DNA of 63,831 bases, the filler included, from Octopus bimaculoides (taxonomy: Eukaryota): the NCBI RefSeq assembly GCF_001194135.2. It is 6 parts of 6 records of this genome, joined end to end, with 100 filler letters (N's around TTAATTAATTAA, not from the genome) between each part and the next. Parts side by side here need not be neighbours in the genome. Positions count along the whole stretch, not along the records: positions 25,889 to 56,159 come from NC_068994.1; 5 more parts are not named here. The stretch is one strand, 5' to 3'. This document shows positions 26,191 to 39,959 of the stretch, piece after piece. The notes below the pieces were generated by a model, which did no database searches, was not told where the DNA came from, and worked only from the letters and a program-made list of their open reading frames with translations. The translations under genes and the position numbers were made by a program. The stretch's first letter is position 1; each line of letters opens with the position of its first letter.

Positions 26191-28033
26191 ATATATATAT
26201 ATATATAAAAACCTTCACGACTACCATTCATCAACACCAAAACCAATACAACTAGGGTCACTACCAACTCTTTAATGACTAATAACAACAGCAACAATAG
26301 TATGAACAAGATAAGCAACACCCTCTAAAATAAAAGACAATCACATGAAATAATTTGGTGCTGTAGTATATTTTAAAAATTGAATGCAATGTCTTTCATC
26401 TTAGGTCAAAATTATAATTGACTTGAGAATAAAAAGCAACAGCAAAACAATTAACAAGAAAAATATGACCACTGCTACAGTTAACAATATCCACCATTAT
26501 CATCATTACCAACACCAAAATCAATACAACCAATACGACCACCACTGTCAACCCAACAACTTTTGAATGTCGAACTGGTAACAACTATAATAGTAGTAGT
26601 ATGATGTAATGTTTCTATCTATATATGTTCTATGTAAACACAATGGCATACACATGGCATACAAAAGCATAAGAACTGGAATACTCATGAGCCTGGCAGT
26701 CCTTTATCTAACTGTGATCACACAGTATTTTCTCCCACATCACTCCTTCACCCTTTAATCTTCTCATTTCCATTCTTACATCCACAGAAATAAGATATGT
26801 TTTTTTGTTTTTTGCTCTCACAAAAGTTCTTCCTTGGTTCTTTCTCCTTTAGCTTATTTTGATCATCAGACTGCAACTGTGTTGGGGCACTGCTTTGAAG
26901 GGTTTTAGTCAAACAAATCACTCCAGTACTTATTTTTTTAAAGTCTGGCACTTATTCTATCGGTTTCTTTTGCCAAACTTCAAAGTTATGGTGATGTTAA
27001 CAAACCAATACCAGTCATCAAGTGGTGGGAGTACAGACACAAACACCAAGACACACGTACAGTGGATTTCTTTCAGTGTCCACTTACCAAATTCACTAAC
27101 AAGGATCTGGTTAGCCTGGGGCTGTAGTAGAAGACAGTTGCCCAAGATGCTCTGCAGTGGAACTGAACCAGTGGGACTGGTTGGGAGGCAAACTTCTCAC
27201 CACATAGCTATATTTGTTGTAAATAATTATTAATCACAGCTAATGTTGGATTTACTTACAATTCAAGATGTCGCTAAGGATGCTATCAAATGGAAATGAA
27301 GGCAATTGTGTGAAAAGGAACTGTATTTCTCATGTTGTTACAGTTGAGCAGATAATTACACATATACAAGTAGATAATAATTTAATTACTCTATAGAAGA
27401 AGTTTTAGAAAGAAACCTCATTAAATCAGAATGTTCAGTTAAAATACTTTATGTCCATATCAAATTTCTAGACTTCAGCTCATATTATATGCCAGGATAC
27501 ATCGTATTGCATGGTGCTGTCTTCAATTAAACATTAACATGTTACATCTGAATCACTGGGTATATAAATTATAACAAGTCATTTATCTTATCAAGTTTAA
27601 TCAACCTTGAAATGCAGCACAAAATCACTGAAAGATAACTTTCATCAGAGCAGTTTATAAATTCAACACAATGCAGGTTATTACCATATTCTGAGGAATG
27701 CCAACCTTCATGAATATGTGTTTATTTCAGAACTACTTTTTAGAATTCATGACAATGTTTCCCACACAAGACTTATCTAGTTGGTCAGCTTTTCAATAAA
27801 AAAAATTACAGAGCTCAGTTACCTTAATTATCTAAATTTATTCATAATCAAAATTTAAATAGACAAATTATGTATTTCTATGTATTATAGATCTATTAAA
27901 ATTTCCAACTAGTTTGAGCAATATTTCTTCAATTGGTTCTTTAATACAATTTAAAATGTACTTAATAAAAACGTAATACTGTGTAATCTAATATCTTAAA
28001 TATATGACTGAGTCCTTGTTATTTCATTGACAG

Positions 28034-28181
28034 CTCTATAATAAGCAAGTTTCAGATGGGTCTTATGAGCAAGGTGACAACAGTAGCATTGTGACATCAA
28101 ACAACCTAAGTGATACATTGCCATCTCAAAGAGATCACAACTGTGGTTGGAATGAAGGAGATATTAAGCATCAACCAGCAG
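28034..28181 (+). CDS. PCDH: Protocadherin cytoplasmic exon (orphan; its large ectodomain exon is not in the assembled sequence)
   Basis: TTGACAG acceptor, 148 nt, LYNKQVSDGSYEQGDNSSIVTSNNLSDTLPSQRDHNCGWNEGDIKHQPA, G|GTAACT donor; paralogous to 37558-37705 and 45160-45307. Confidence 0.85.
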
Positions 28182-28506
28182 GTAACTTGTTAAATATCAA
28201 CAAACATTGGATACTGACTATGTCGATGTGCATGTGTGCAGTTGTACTATATTCATAACATTGAATAATTTTTATTGCAATATACAAAGTATATATAAAG
28301 TACTTGAAAAGTAAACTAAATAAAAGAAAGTGCTGTAACATAAGCAGATCCAAAGTTACAAAATTTTGAAAATAGATAAACTAATTTAATATTAATACAG
28401 GACTATTTTAGAACCAAGTATTTTCTTTCTTCCTTTTTTTTCTCATTGACACAAAATTCTATTCTCAGATATTATTTATATTATTTTGTATTTTTCTCCC
28501 TTTCAG

Positions 28507-28595
28507 AATATAGTAATTATACACCAAACATACCTCCAATGCCAAAGAGTGGACATGAACAAGACACTTATCTTGAACCAATATATAAGAAATAA
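28507..28595 (+). CDS. PCDH: Protocadherin terminal coding exon (orphan)
   Basis: TTTCAG acceptor, phase 1, EYSNYTPNIPPMPKSGHEQDTYLEPIYKK*; paralogous to 38054-38142. Confidence 0.85.
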
Positions 28596-29751
28596 TAAAT
28601 ACGGGACTAACATGACTCCAATTCTTAGTACTGGGGATAAATTAAATTCCTCTTGCATTTTGACTCCAGAAATGGAATATAATTAAGACACTCTTCTAAA
28701 ATAAAATTAATCTAATCAGCAAATACATAACAAGAACTAATTAATCCAAGTTTATATATAAAAAATATGTAAATATGTAAATTAGAAATGTTGACACATA
28801 AGTGATCAATTTTGATCATGTACTTGGTCAAAATTTTCAAAGATAACTTTATAACATATTAAATCCTCATTAGTTGTTTATTAATAGCAGATATTTTAGC
28901 AATATACTCTGCAATTAAAAAATATAGGAACAAAACTACTTGAAAACATACACTTCGACAATTTATCATTTCTGGCACTAACTCTACTATTTTGAACATT
29001 CAGATCAATATTTTAAAATTATTAAAATGATAGTTTTCAGTAATGTTATTTTTCTTGTAATCTAGACAGGTATTTCATAGACGACTAATCCACTGTAATA
29101 TGTATAATGAAATTGCTACTGAACTTAGAAATTAATATTTTACATACTGCAGTACACAGTGCATAAATATGTACATCAGTGTTTTAAGCATCTGCATACA
29201 AGAGATAATCCACTAGTTGTGTGTGTGTGTGTGTGTGTGCATACAAACACACGCACACACACTCACAGAAAAAATAAGAGATGAACAAACAGTTCTTTAT
29301 AGCATTAAAAAATTTATAAATAGTTTACAGAAATATGCATATAAAATATAATTAAGTGAAACACAAGAAGTTAGTTAATAGTACTCCTCTATAAATAAGT
29401 AGCTTTCCAGTGATTTCATAAGCAAAAGTACAACTGAGAAGAAAGAAAACTCAATGTTGTCCTTTACACCCATATCAAGGATTCAGTAACAAACAGATGT
29501 AATAGCAGTCATTATGCATACATAGATATGTACTAAACAGACGTTAACAAATAACTACGAAATATATCAATTTAATTGATATAATTGATATAATTGATTG
29601 TAATTGTGTTGCTATCCATTCCTTCTAACAGTGGAATATGTAGCAACACAATTAGGATGTTGGATTTTAGGAATTCAATCTACTGAACTCTAAGCTGATC
29701 CATATCTATTGTATGCCTTTTGCCATACATATACTTACCCATTATACGTAA

Positions 29752-29782
<31 letters not shown>

Positions 29783-29938
29783 CGTATACATGCACACACA
29801 TTAATGTAGTTTGAAATAAACTGAAAATACTTTAGCAAAAGTCATTATTAAATATTTTAATCATTGTGTAAAATAATTTAAGTGAATTCAGTATGCTCAG
29901 ATGAAAAAATGTCTTTAGAATATAGTTGGCTCTCAGTA

Positions 29939-30057
29939 TGACTCACAAATCTACACCATCAACATACTGCCCTTGTCAAACTACTACAGCAGCAGTTACA
30001 CTGAAGCACCATGCAATAATGTCTTCTGTAAGAAGCACAAAGGATTAAACAATGTAG
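29939..30057 (+). promoter_or_regulatory. Putative promoter/non-coding leader exon of PCDH gene A
   Basis: Begins TGACTCAC, shares the core CTACTACAGCAGCAGTTACACTG, ends AG|GTAAGT; homologues at 38959, 46586 and 55593. The 5' boundary is not determinable. Confidence 0.65.
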
Positions 30058-33000
30058 GTAAGTCATATTACTTTGCAATTTCTCATTTGATATTTTGTTC
30101 ATATTTTAGGATATTGAAGCATGAGAAATAGATACTAATATATTTAATAATAATATATTCAAGCAAGGAAATAGGAAACCATGGAATTATGTAGCCATTA
30201 CCAAAAGCTATTGCTATTGAAGTAGGATAGTTACTTTGTAAAAGTAAATATATTTAACAGTTATCATTATGCAAATACTAGACTGTCAGTTAACTGTATT
30301 TTACTTTATATTTTTCATACATATTACTATAATTCTTTAAAATTATTATTTCAAGTATTTCTATAAATCAGTTCAAATAGGCAATATTTATTAACCTTTG
30401 AGAATGTCTTATTTCCTTCTATTTAAATAGAATATTGAATCAAATGCATATGAAAATATGCATGGACTGCTAATTTCAAAGTATATAATTTCATTTTAGC
30501 ATTAAGTTTCTCTGTGAACAAATTCAGTCTTTGTTTTGATTCCTTATTGCAAGTTTTTATTATTAATTTTACAAATAACCTCAAGAATGACATTCATGCT
30601 TAAAACTAAAAATATTATTCAGTTATTTCTTTTATTCTTAATTACAAATTATATATTTTTTAAACTTATTTTGATATCTTTTAATATTTATTCTTATCAA
30701 GAAAACAGAATCAATTATATAAACATCTGTATCACTGTAAATATATATAATTAAAATAACTATATATAAATGAAAATATATGTTCATACACTCGGCAAAT
30801 CATTGCACTTCATTCTACAAAGACAAGCATCACCAGATATTTTAATTTATAATATTTTCAATCACTTATTTTGGCCACTTACATAAGCAAATTCAAAATT
30901 CTATATTTTCAAGTGTAGTGAAGTAAAAATCGTAATTTGCAGTAAATGCATGTTATTTTTACTCCCATTTTTAATAAATAATGATGATAAGCAAATATAA
31001 CTAAGAATTCTTTATATATATATATATATATATATAAAGGATTTCAAAATTATCCCTAATTACAAATTATTTCTATATTATTATTACTACTTTATCAAGA
31101 TTGGAAGAGTTTGATCAGGAAACATGAAGATACCTATTGTAAAATATCTGAACACCATTTTTCTTGTTTGTGTAAATAATTCTACTAATATCAGAGTCTT
31201 CTGAATAATGTTTTCAACTTACATAGAAAAACAATCACAATCATAACTAAAACACCATAAACACACATACCACAAATATTCAGTCAAATATAAGTAAAAG
31301 AAATAAGATTATTTTTCCAGCAATTTATGACAGCCATTTCTTGTGGCAAACTCAATCAATTCCACAAAATTAGAAATTTACTTGTTATGTAGATTTTACT
31401 TTTGTACATGCTTCATAATGCTACCAACTGTACAAAAATTCAAACATACTCCGAAATCTATTTTTATTTCAGACAGTCTGTATAATATAGCATGATATCA
31501 CAACAGACGGCAGTTTAGCATGTCTGGGCATTTAAACATGCAGTCTTCCTTTAGTTGATTGACTACATTTTTGTTAAATGTCTTCTCAAGCAAAACTGAT
31601 CAGAACTAGTCAAAAATAACAATCATAAAACTAAGGATATAGGTTTATATTTTATATGATCTCATTAATAGAAATTAAAGGAAAAGTTAATTTATCATTT
31701 AACACCAGAATTTTTATAAGGATTAAAATAGTTATTCCTCATCATTTTCGTAATTTTATATCTATCTTTCCATGTAGGCATGGGTTGAAGAAGTCTCATT
31801 ACTCATCTCACTCTCGTAATCTATCACACACAGTAACAAAGAAAATTTCCCAGTTTTATGCATGTCTTGCAGTGTGAACTGGATGTATTGGTTGTCACCA
31901 GAACTAGAATGGTTGTTCAATGCTAAAGGGCTAAAATTCTCTATTTTGTATCAGATTTTATTTGGCGCTACTGTGCTCCTGGAAGGAAAATCTATTAACA
32001 GAAATCAGTCAGTTGCCACTATAATATAACTTAATCAATCAGATTACAAGTCTATAATACAGAGCCACATTAGTTAGAAGTCAAGTGAAATATTTCAATA
32101 AAATGTACAATTGGCGATATATATTTCTTCCAAGAACACTATGCATCGACGGACTTGTACGATAAAATATAAGATTGAGAGGGGGAACAACTCTGTTATC
32201 TTAAAAGCTTTAATAAAAATATATTAACTGCCATTATTTTAAAAAGATTGATAACCAACTCAATAGGGTATCTTCCCACGGGTTGAGAGCTTCAAAGTTG
32301 TTTTTCTTCATGATTTCTGTCATATGAACAATATAATAAAAGGGAAATGAAATAAGTTGATGATTAATATAAGATAATGAAAAATACATTTTGCATAGTT
32401 TTAATCTGAATACAGGTACAGGTAACATTCTTAGAGAAAAAAACGAAAACTGAGCGCTATGTTGGAATCAATTCAAGTTGTTTCAGGTTTCTTCTTCATA
32501 CAATTTCCTCTGCCTTGAAATTTAGCATTTCGAATGTTAGATTAAGTATATTACTAAGAGGTTGGCACATTTGAGAGACCAAATGACTGCATAGATTATT
32601 TCACTTTGAATATGAAAACAAAACAATATTTACCTTGCACCATAGCTTTTAATCTTGTATGATGGTATTTTTCCACCTACACCAGTTGCCCCATTGGGCT
32701 GCTGCTGCCAACTTTGATGCTGGGGCAATGAAGGTTACCTTTTTCTTCCATGCTTCATTTGAATGAAATATGAACATTTCACTAACATACACATATATAA
32801 CTTGCATATGTATGTCTTATTGGATGGCTAATGACTTATCTAAGTTCACCAGCTCTTTGATAAGTTTTGTTTTGCTTCCTGCAACTTATCCAAAATCACC
32901 CTTCACACCATGCAAGTTTGGCAGAATTACCAGCCTTGTAGCCAACAACCTAATTATGCAACAGGTTGGACTGAGTTAGATATTACAAGATGCACTCACA

Positions 33001-33580
33001 AGTGACCTAACATCAAATTCCATTTAACAGCTAAGTATAAAAAACAGATGTAATGATATTGTTTGAAAAAATAATGTGTTATTTTTACATTATTTACAAT
33101 ATGTAATTCATTAATTGCAATCTTAGGAATAAGTTCATACTGAGAAAACTTTATGTCATAAAAGCAAATAGCACAGTTTATGTGTTAAGATCTCTTGTCA
33201 CGTCTAATTTTGGATATAGAGGCAATGCATTCTTGGTCTAATCACTTCATATGAGTGAAGATCTAATTTTATCTATTATGGATTTTAATTTTTTTTATAA
33301 TTATGGAATACACTTCTATGTTTTACCAAGTATGAATTTGACTTCACTCGAACAGCTGGTCACAGGCATATATGAAACTTGTACTATCAAGATATTACTT
33401 CATTATTTCATAATGTTACTAATATTTCAGAATATTATTGATTATATTACATGATAAATTTCACACACTTGATTTTGACATATATATTTTCTCTATATTA
33501 AAATTTCTGTATATGACTGTTTGATTCAATCAGCTTGTTTTATTTTCTTTTTAGATTTAGAGATATATTCATGAATAATA

Positions 33581-36068
33581 ATGAACTACAATAATGAGAT
33601 GACAAGCAACACTTTGCAGTTTTACCTTATCTATGGACTAATGTATTCTGTCATGTCCATAGACTACATTTACCATGTCAATGAAGAAGACAGTCCACAC
33701 ACATACATTGGAGATATTGCAGCTGACTCTAACCTATCAAATCCTCTTACACATCAACAGCTCACTCTCATTACATTTACACAACTACAAAGGACAGTTG
33801 AGAGTGGTTCTCATTTATTTAATGTCACCAACTTAGGAAAACTATACACTACTCAAACACTGGATGCTGAAAAACTTTGTATTTACAAGAAAGAATGCTC
33901 TAGAACTGTTAAAGTAGCAGTAAGGAAAGAAGAAACATTTCTAAAGATATTAAACATTAAAATAATTATAGAAGATATTAATGATCATCAACCAGAGTTC
34001 CCATCAAACAAGCTAAAAATCAAATTTTATGAAACAGATGGGAAAGGATCAACAAAATCAATACCAAATGCTGTTGATAAAGATATTAGTCTTCCAAATT
34101 CTGATATTATATATAAACTCAAAGATAACACCAAAAAATTCTCACTTTCCATATTTAAAGAATCTGATGGAATAAATGTACTAGAAATAACACTTGAAGA
34201 AAAATTAGATAGAGAATTACAAGACGCATATATGTTACAGTTAATTGCTAGAGATGCAGGTTCTCCACCAAAAGAAAGTATTCTGGACATTGAAATATCA
34301 ATTATTGATGTCAATGATAACAGACCTACATTTACACAAAAATTATATAATACCACCATCAGTGATACACATCATATGTCTTCTCCTGTCTTTGTTTTAT
34401 CAGCAACAGATTTAGATTCTGGTCAAAATGGAAATATTAATTACTTTTTACATAGAAATACAAAAGAATATGTTAAAAAACATTTTAAATTAAATCATAA
34501 AACAGGAGAAATTTTCGCCAATGATAATTTCTTCAGAAATAAAGGAAGTAAATATCAATTATATGTTGAAGCTAGGGATGGTGGAAATCCTTCATTAAGC
34601 TCCATGACAATGTTGATTATTAATGTTATTAGCAATCAAAATAATGTTCCATCAATAAATATAGATTTTGTATCACCTTTAACAGAGACTTCTACTGCTA
34701 TTTCAGAAGCAAGTAAAATTGGAAGTTTTATAGCTTATGTTATGGTAATTGATACTGATAGTGGACCCAATGGACAAATTAAATGTAATATTCATCATAA
34801 AATGTTCCAGCTTTCTAATATGGGTTCTAAAGAATATAAAATATTGGTGAAAGAACCTCTTGACAGAGAAACTATAGATCATTATGTTGTTTCTATTGTA
34901 TGTCATGACATGGGATCACCTCCATTAAAAACTAAGAAACAGTTTGCTGTCAAAGTAACTGATGTCAATGATGTAGAACCACATTTTACCAAAGAGACAT
35001 TCCAATTCCTCACCTATGAAAACCAGAAAGTTGACTTCCCTATTGGCTTCATCAATGCTACAGACCCAGATCTTGGAGATGGAGGCCAACTTACATATTC
35101 TCTCATCAATGATAACAACAATCATAACATTCCTTTCCAACTGACAAAATATGGATTTATTTCTACATCACAACCAATAGATCGAGAAATGAAAGACATC
35201 TATAATTTACATGTTTTAGTCAAAGATAATGGGATGCCTTCTTTGAATAACACTGCCAACATTCTTATAGAAATTTTAGATAAAAATGATAATGCTCCAT
35301 ATTTTATANNNNNNNNNNNNNNNNNNNNNNNNNNNNNNNNNNNNNNNNNNNNNNNNNNNNNNNNNNNNNNNNNNNNNNNNNNNNNNNNNNNNNNNNNNNN
35401 NNNNNNNNNNNNNNNNNNNNNNNNNNNNNNNNNNNNNNNNNNNNNNNNNNNNNNNNNNNNNNNNNNNNNNNNNNNNNNNNNNNGCTTTCCTCACATATGG
35501 AATACTGAGATCCAATGATAAAAACCTGTTTACAGTGAACTCACACACTGGTGTGTTATCTTTCTCTCGCACAGTTTACCAAAATGATGCAGGAACATAT
35601 GAACTGGAGTTTATAGTGAAAGATGGTGGTACTCCAGTTCAAACAGCAACAACTTCTATCATACTAACACTGTTTGTTAGTAATGATACATCTCCAATGT
35701 TGACTGCTATCCACTCACAGTCTGATAACAACCTGGATATGACTTGGATAATTATCATTGTAGCAGCAGCTGTAATACTATCTGTGGCTATTGTAGTGTC
35801 AATAACACTGTGTGTTTTCAGATGTATTAATCACATTAATAATTCACAAACAACAAAAAATAATCCAAAATTTCTGTCAAGAACTGAAATGAGACAAATA
35901 TTGTATCAGACTAACAATCCTGTTGCAATAACAAGAAATGCAGATGACATATTTAACAGAAATCTTCAGTCAATAAATCAGAAAAGTCCTTACTACCCTG
36001 AAATGGAAGAAACAGTTGGTGAATGGAAATTCTCAACAACACCCAGGAGATTACCACCCACACCACAG
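33581..36068 (+). CDS. PCDH: Protocadherin gene A, large exon: signal peptide, EC1-EC6, TM, proximal tail
   Basis: Cadherin motifs DINDHQPEF, LDRE, DVNDNRPTF, DVNDVEPHF, DKNDNAPYF; EC1 C-X5-C (CIYKKEC); TM WIIIIVAAAVILSVAIVVSITLCVF; acceptor TTTTAG at 33554; donor CAG|GTACC after 36068. Gap 35309-35483 explains the apparent frame change. Start could be the Met at 33599. Confidence 0.95.
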
Positions 36069-36356
36069 GTACCTAAACAATAACTTTTGTAAATATGTTT
36101 TTTGTTTTTTTTGGCTTAATCGTTGTTATTTATTTAGTTGTTTCAGATCTTTGCTTTAATATCATTACCTTATGATTTAATAGTTCTTTCTCATTTTGGC
36201 ACAAGGTTAGTAATTTTCAACAGAAGATGAATTCAGCTACATCAACCTCAGTACTCAACTGGTACTTATTTCATGAACCTCAAAATGATGAAAAGGAGAA
36301 TTGACCTCAGTGACATTTGAGCAAGAACTTCATACTTTTCAGAATTTTATTTCTTA

Positions 36357-37350
36357 CTAGATGTACCCATCACGCGTTGGGTCACTACCACTCTAAGTTG
36401 AAAATGTCGATGTGCGGCAGAAAAGGAAAAAAATACTATTTTTTTTTTAAGTAGTAATCTTTATCATCTTAATCAAAGGGCAGAAAAACAAATAGAGTGT
36501 ATTTTCCTTCTCTGAATTTATTTAAAACTCCATGTTATAACTATAGAAGCCGTCCAACATTACAGGGAGGAAATATAGTCCAAAATGTTCTCAGTGCAAC
36601 TACAGATTAAGGGAAGAAATAGAAAGCATAGTTATTTTCCCTTTGAGAAAAAAAAATCAAGTCGAAAATGTGGCTTTGAAGTGATTCCTTTGCAATATAA
36701 TTGGTGAGCCAACTTTCAATTTCAGTCTCTGATGTGGGATACCAGAAAATTCCAGGGAATTTAAAAATTCCAATGGAATTCCAATGTGTGACATAGGTTC
36801 TCCGTATAGACTGCCAAAAGATTTGTACTCTTTCAGCTCTCCTGGAAATAATTTAATACATTCTTCCTTTATGTCTCTTAAGATGTCATTCTTCATGACT
36901 AATATGCAGTTCTTTGAGAAGAGGTTCGTCAGATGTTCAAATGATGTGTATATTTCTGTGGTGTATTCTTGCAATTTTTTTTAATTGCTTACCAAATTTT
37001 AAGGAATCTGAATTTCTTCTTTTTCATTTTTGGGAATGAGATCTTTTCAAACATTGAGAATGAATTGTGGATATTCTTCTTGACCCTCTTTCAATTGCAT
37101 GTTGTGATGTAATTCAAATTTTTCAAATTTTCTCCACAAAGAGGATCTTTTGATGTTTGAATTGACTATATTAATGTTTGTTCCTCTCTTAACAACTGTT
37201 CGAAGGTTATAATGGACATAGGTTCATGTGTCACATAGCTAGCTAGAGGCAATGGCCTCTTGGAGCTAATCAATGGCAGCATTCATCCTGTTTTCCTGGA
37301 CTGCCATGTTAACTTGGCAATAACTATTAATATCTAGTACCGCTGCCATA
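36357..37350 (-). mobile_element. Helitron fragment (Pif1-like helicase remnant plus 3' terminus) in an intron of gene A
   Basis: ORF 36657-36974 reads LFPGELKEYKS..PLEFLNSLEFSGIPHQRLKLKVGSPIILQRN; minus-strand end has hairpin ACCCAacgcgtgaTGGGT followed by CTAG|T at 36357-36360. The 5' boundary is approximate. Confidence 0.75.
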
Positions 37351-37557
37351 GTCTCCTTTTGAGAAATGTAGAAATGTTAATATTTCTATTATTAAGTATC
37401 ACATATTAAAGAATTTTAAAGTTTGTAAATGTAAGTTTATTTCAGAACTATGTTTCCCATGGTAAATAGTATTTTAACATGCCTACATTTCATAAAAATA
37501 TAATAGTGTGCACCCTAACCTCTAAAATAAGTATATAAAACTTTATTTCAATGACAG

Positions 37558-37705
37558 ATCTATAATAAGCAGGTTTCAGATGGATCTGGTGAGCAAAATG
37601 ACACCAGCAGCATTGTGACATCAAACAACCTAAGTGATACATTACCATCTCAAAGAGATCACAGCCGTGGATGGAGTGAAGGGGATATTACACATCAGAT
37701 ATCAG
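37558..37705 (+). CDS. PCDH: PCDH gene A cytoplasmic exon 2
   Basis: ATGACAG acceptor, 148 nt, IYNKQVSDGSGEQNDTSSIVTSNNLSDTLPSQRDHSRGWSEGDITHQIS, phase 0 to 1, G|GTAACT donor. Confidence 0.9.
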
Positions 37706-38053
37706 GTAACTTGTGAAATATTGTTAAAAATATATGTCAATTTCTTATAAACTCACAAGCACAATTCTGTTATAATTATAACAGTAAATCATTTTTATTG
37801 TAATAGAAAGGGCTTACATAAAATATACAAGGAATAAATTAAAAGAGTGTCATACTATATACAAAATGTTCAAATAAAAAGTAATTCTAGTAAGATGAAT
37901 TTAGAATCAAGCAATTTTTTTTTTTTTTTCATAGACATAAAAAATAGTCTTTTTCAAATTATATATCATCTACTTAAATACTGTATGTTAGATAACGTAT
38001 ATTTAATACTGTATGATAATGTATATTGCATAAAGTATTTTTGTTTCTTCCAG

Positions 38054-38142
38054 AATATGGTAACTACACACCAAACATACCACCAATACCAAAGGGTGAA
38101 CATGAACAAGACACATATCTTGAACCAGTATACAAGAAATAG
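38054..38142 (+). CDS. PCDH: PCDH gene A terminal exon
   Basis: TTCCAG acceptor, EYGNYTPNIPPIPKGEHEQDTYLEPVYKK*. Confidence 0.9.
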
Positions 38143-38958
38143 TAAACTCAAAATAACAGTTTTTTTGCCCACTTTTTATTTACTTTTTCTTTTTAACATC
38201 TATAAAACAAAAATAAAATTTTAAAACAGAATTAATCAAAGACACAGGATAAAACCAATTAAACCAAATTTAAAATTAAAAGATATTTTTTTCAATTACT
38301 TTCATTAAATTTGTACTTTAAAGAGTAAACAAATGTGAAAATCTAAAACTCAAAGTATTCACAAATATTGTACATACCCTTTGCCAAGTAAAAGGACATA
38401 ATATAGTGAATTCTCATTCATATATTAGTGGCACTCACTTTAAGCGATGTTAGAAGAGAGAGACATTTTTTTGCCTCACACAATGGTAGATCAGAAAATG
38501 AACAAACACTTAAACTAGAAAACTTCTATGCCACCATCTATCCTATACCCCAATTAATTCATTATTTTAATAAAAAATGATTTGCTAGTTAAAATTATGA
38601 ATAAATAATGATTATAACATGAATAAGATTTTTGAGAATCTAAAATATACGCATAATTTAAATAATTATTTTCTAGTTCAATATACTGCAATATATCTTA
38701 TGAAATTGACACTGGGATTCGAATTAATGCTTTATGTAGTCTTAAAGTGTCTGTGTTTGCATATTATGTTAGCATATAAGTGTTAATGTATAGGAGGCAA
38801 TTTGGTAGCTGCGTATATTCTCAATAGATTGAATAATATTGAAATCACTTATAAAGTTCATTACTAAATATTCAATCATTCTGCAAAATAAATTAATTTT
38901 AATAAACACAATATATACGGATAAATACAATATTTTAAAATGTAGTTAACTCCTACTA

Positions 38959-39084
38959 TGACTCACAGTCTTCACCATTAAGATACTTCCATTGTCACCC
39001 TACTATAGCAGCAGTTATACAGGAACACTACGGAAGAATAGATGTCTTCTGAAAGAGGCACAAACAAAGGATTGAATAATGTTG
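38959..39084 (+). promoter_or_regulatory. Putative promoter/leader exon of PCDH gene B
   Basis: TGACTCAC...CTACTATAGCAGCAGTTATACAGGAACACTAC...GATGTCTTCT...AAAGGATTG...TG|GTAAGT. Confidence 0.65.
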
Positions 39085-39502
39085 GTAAGTCACTCTATAT
39101 TGTAATTTTATTCTAAATACTTTGGTAATCTATGCTTGAATTCTAAGATTTGACAATTATATAACAGATAATGTTTCTCATGATATATACAGAGATTCAA
39201 AACTAGAGATATATACAAAGATTTACCCATTTCCTAGAGCTATTTCTGCAGCAATTTCTATATACTTTACAGCACATATTTATTAATAGCTACAATCATA
39301 CAAATATTCATTTGTCAAATATTTACTTATATATTTTCATATACATTGTTATAATTTATATATAATCTAACATAATTTTTCTATAAATTGCTTTCAGCAA
39401 GGAATATTGATTGTCTATTGGTAATGTCTAATTTCACTCCATCTAAGTAATGTATTAAATATCTAAATATATATGTATGTATGCATATATATATAAATAT
39501 AC

Positions 39503-39548
<46 letters not shown>

Positions 39549-39959
39549 ATAATATAATATAATATGATATAATATGAATTCATTCAGTACTAAATTTTTC
39601 AGTGGACTGATTCAAAATTTCAGATATATTTTGTTGTTGCAATTTTTTCATTTGTTTTTCCAAGACCATCATATAATAACTTCCAATGTTACCTTTTATT
39701 ATTCATTTTTCTCTGTAGTTAATTAATTGATTATATCAAGATACAAACACACACACATACACACAAGTACACCAACAATTAGCAAGAGTACGGCAACAAA
39801 TTTAATGTGGAGGTCGGAGTTCACTAGAGCTCAGCTTTCAGTCCCCTCCTATTTATCATAGTCCTCTAGGTCACGCCAGAGGAGTTTAAAACCAGTTGCC
39901 CTCTGTTCTGATCACCTGAATTTGTAGTAGAATTAAAAAAGAAATTCATAGTGTTTGTA

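Noticed and set aside
29938-30057. Leader blocks as a conserved small peptide gene (e.g. MTHKSTPS..., MTHESALT...)
   Set aside because: The frame is not conserved: copy 2 stops after 7 codons, copy 4 lacks the ATG, and indels shift frames.
35286-35518. Apparent frameshifts splitting PCDH A, B and C into two ORFs (pseudogene call)
   Set aside because: Each frame change falls inside an N gap of estimated length; the sequenced parts have no stops.
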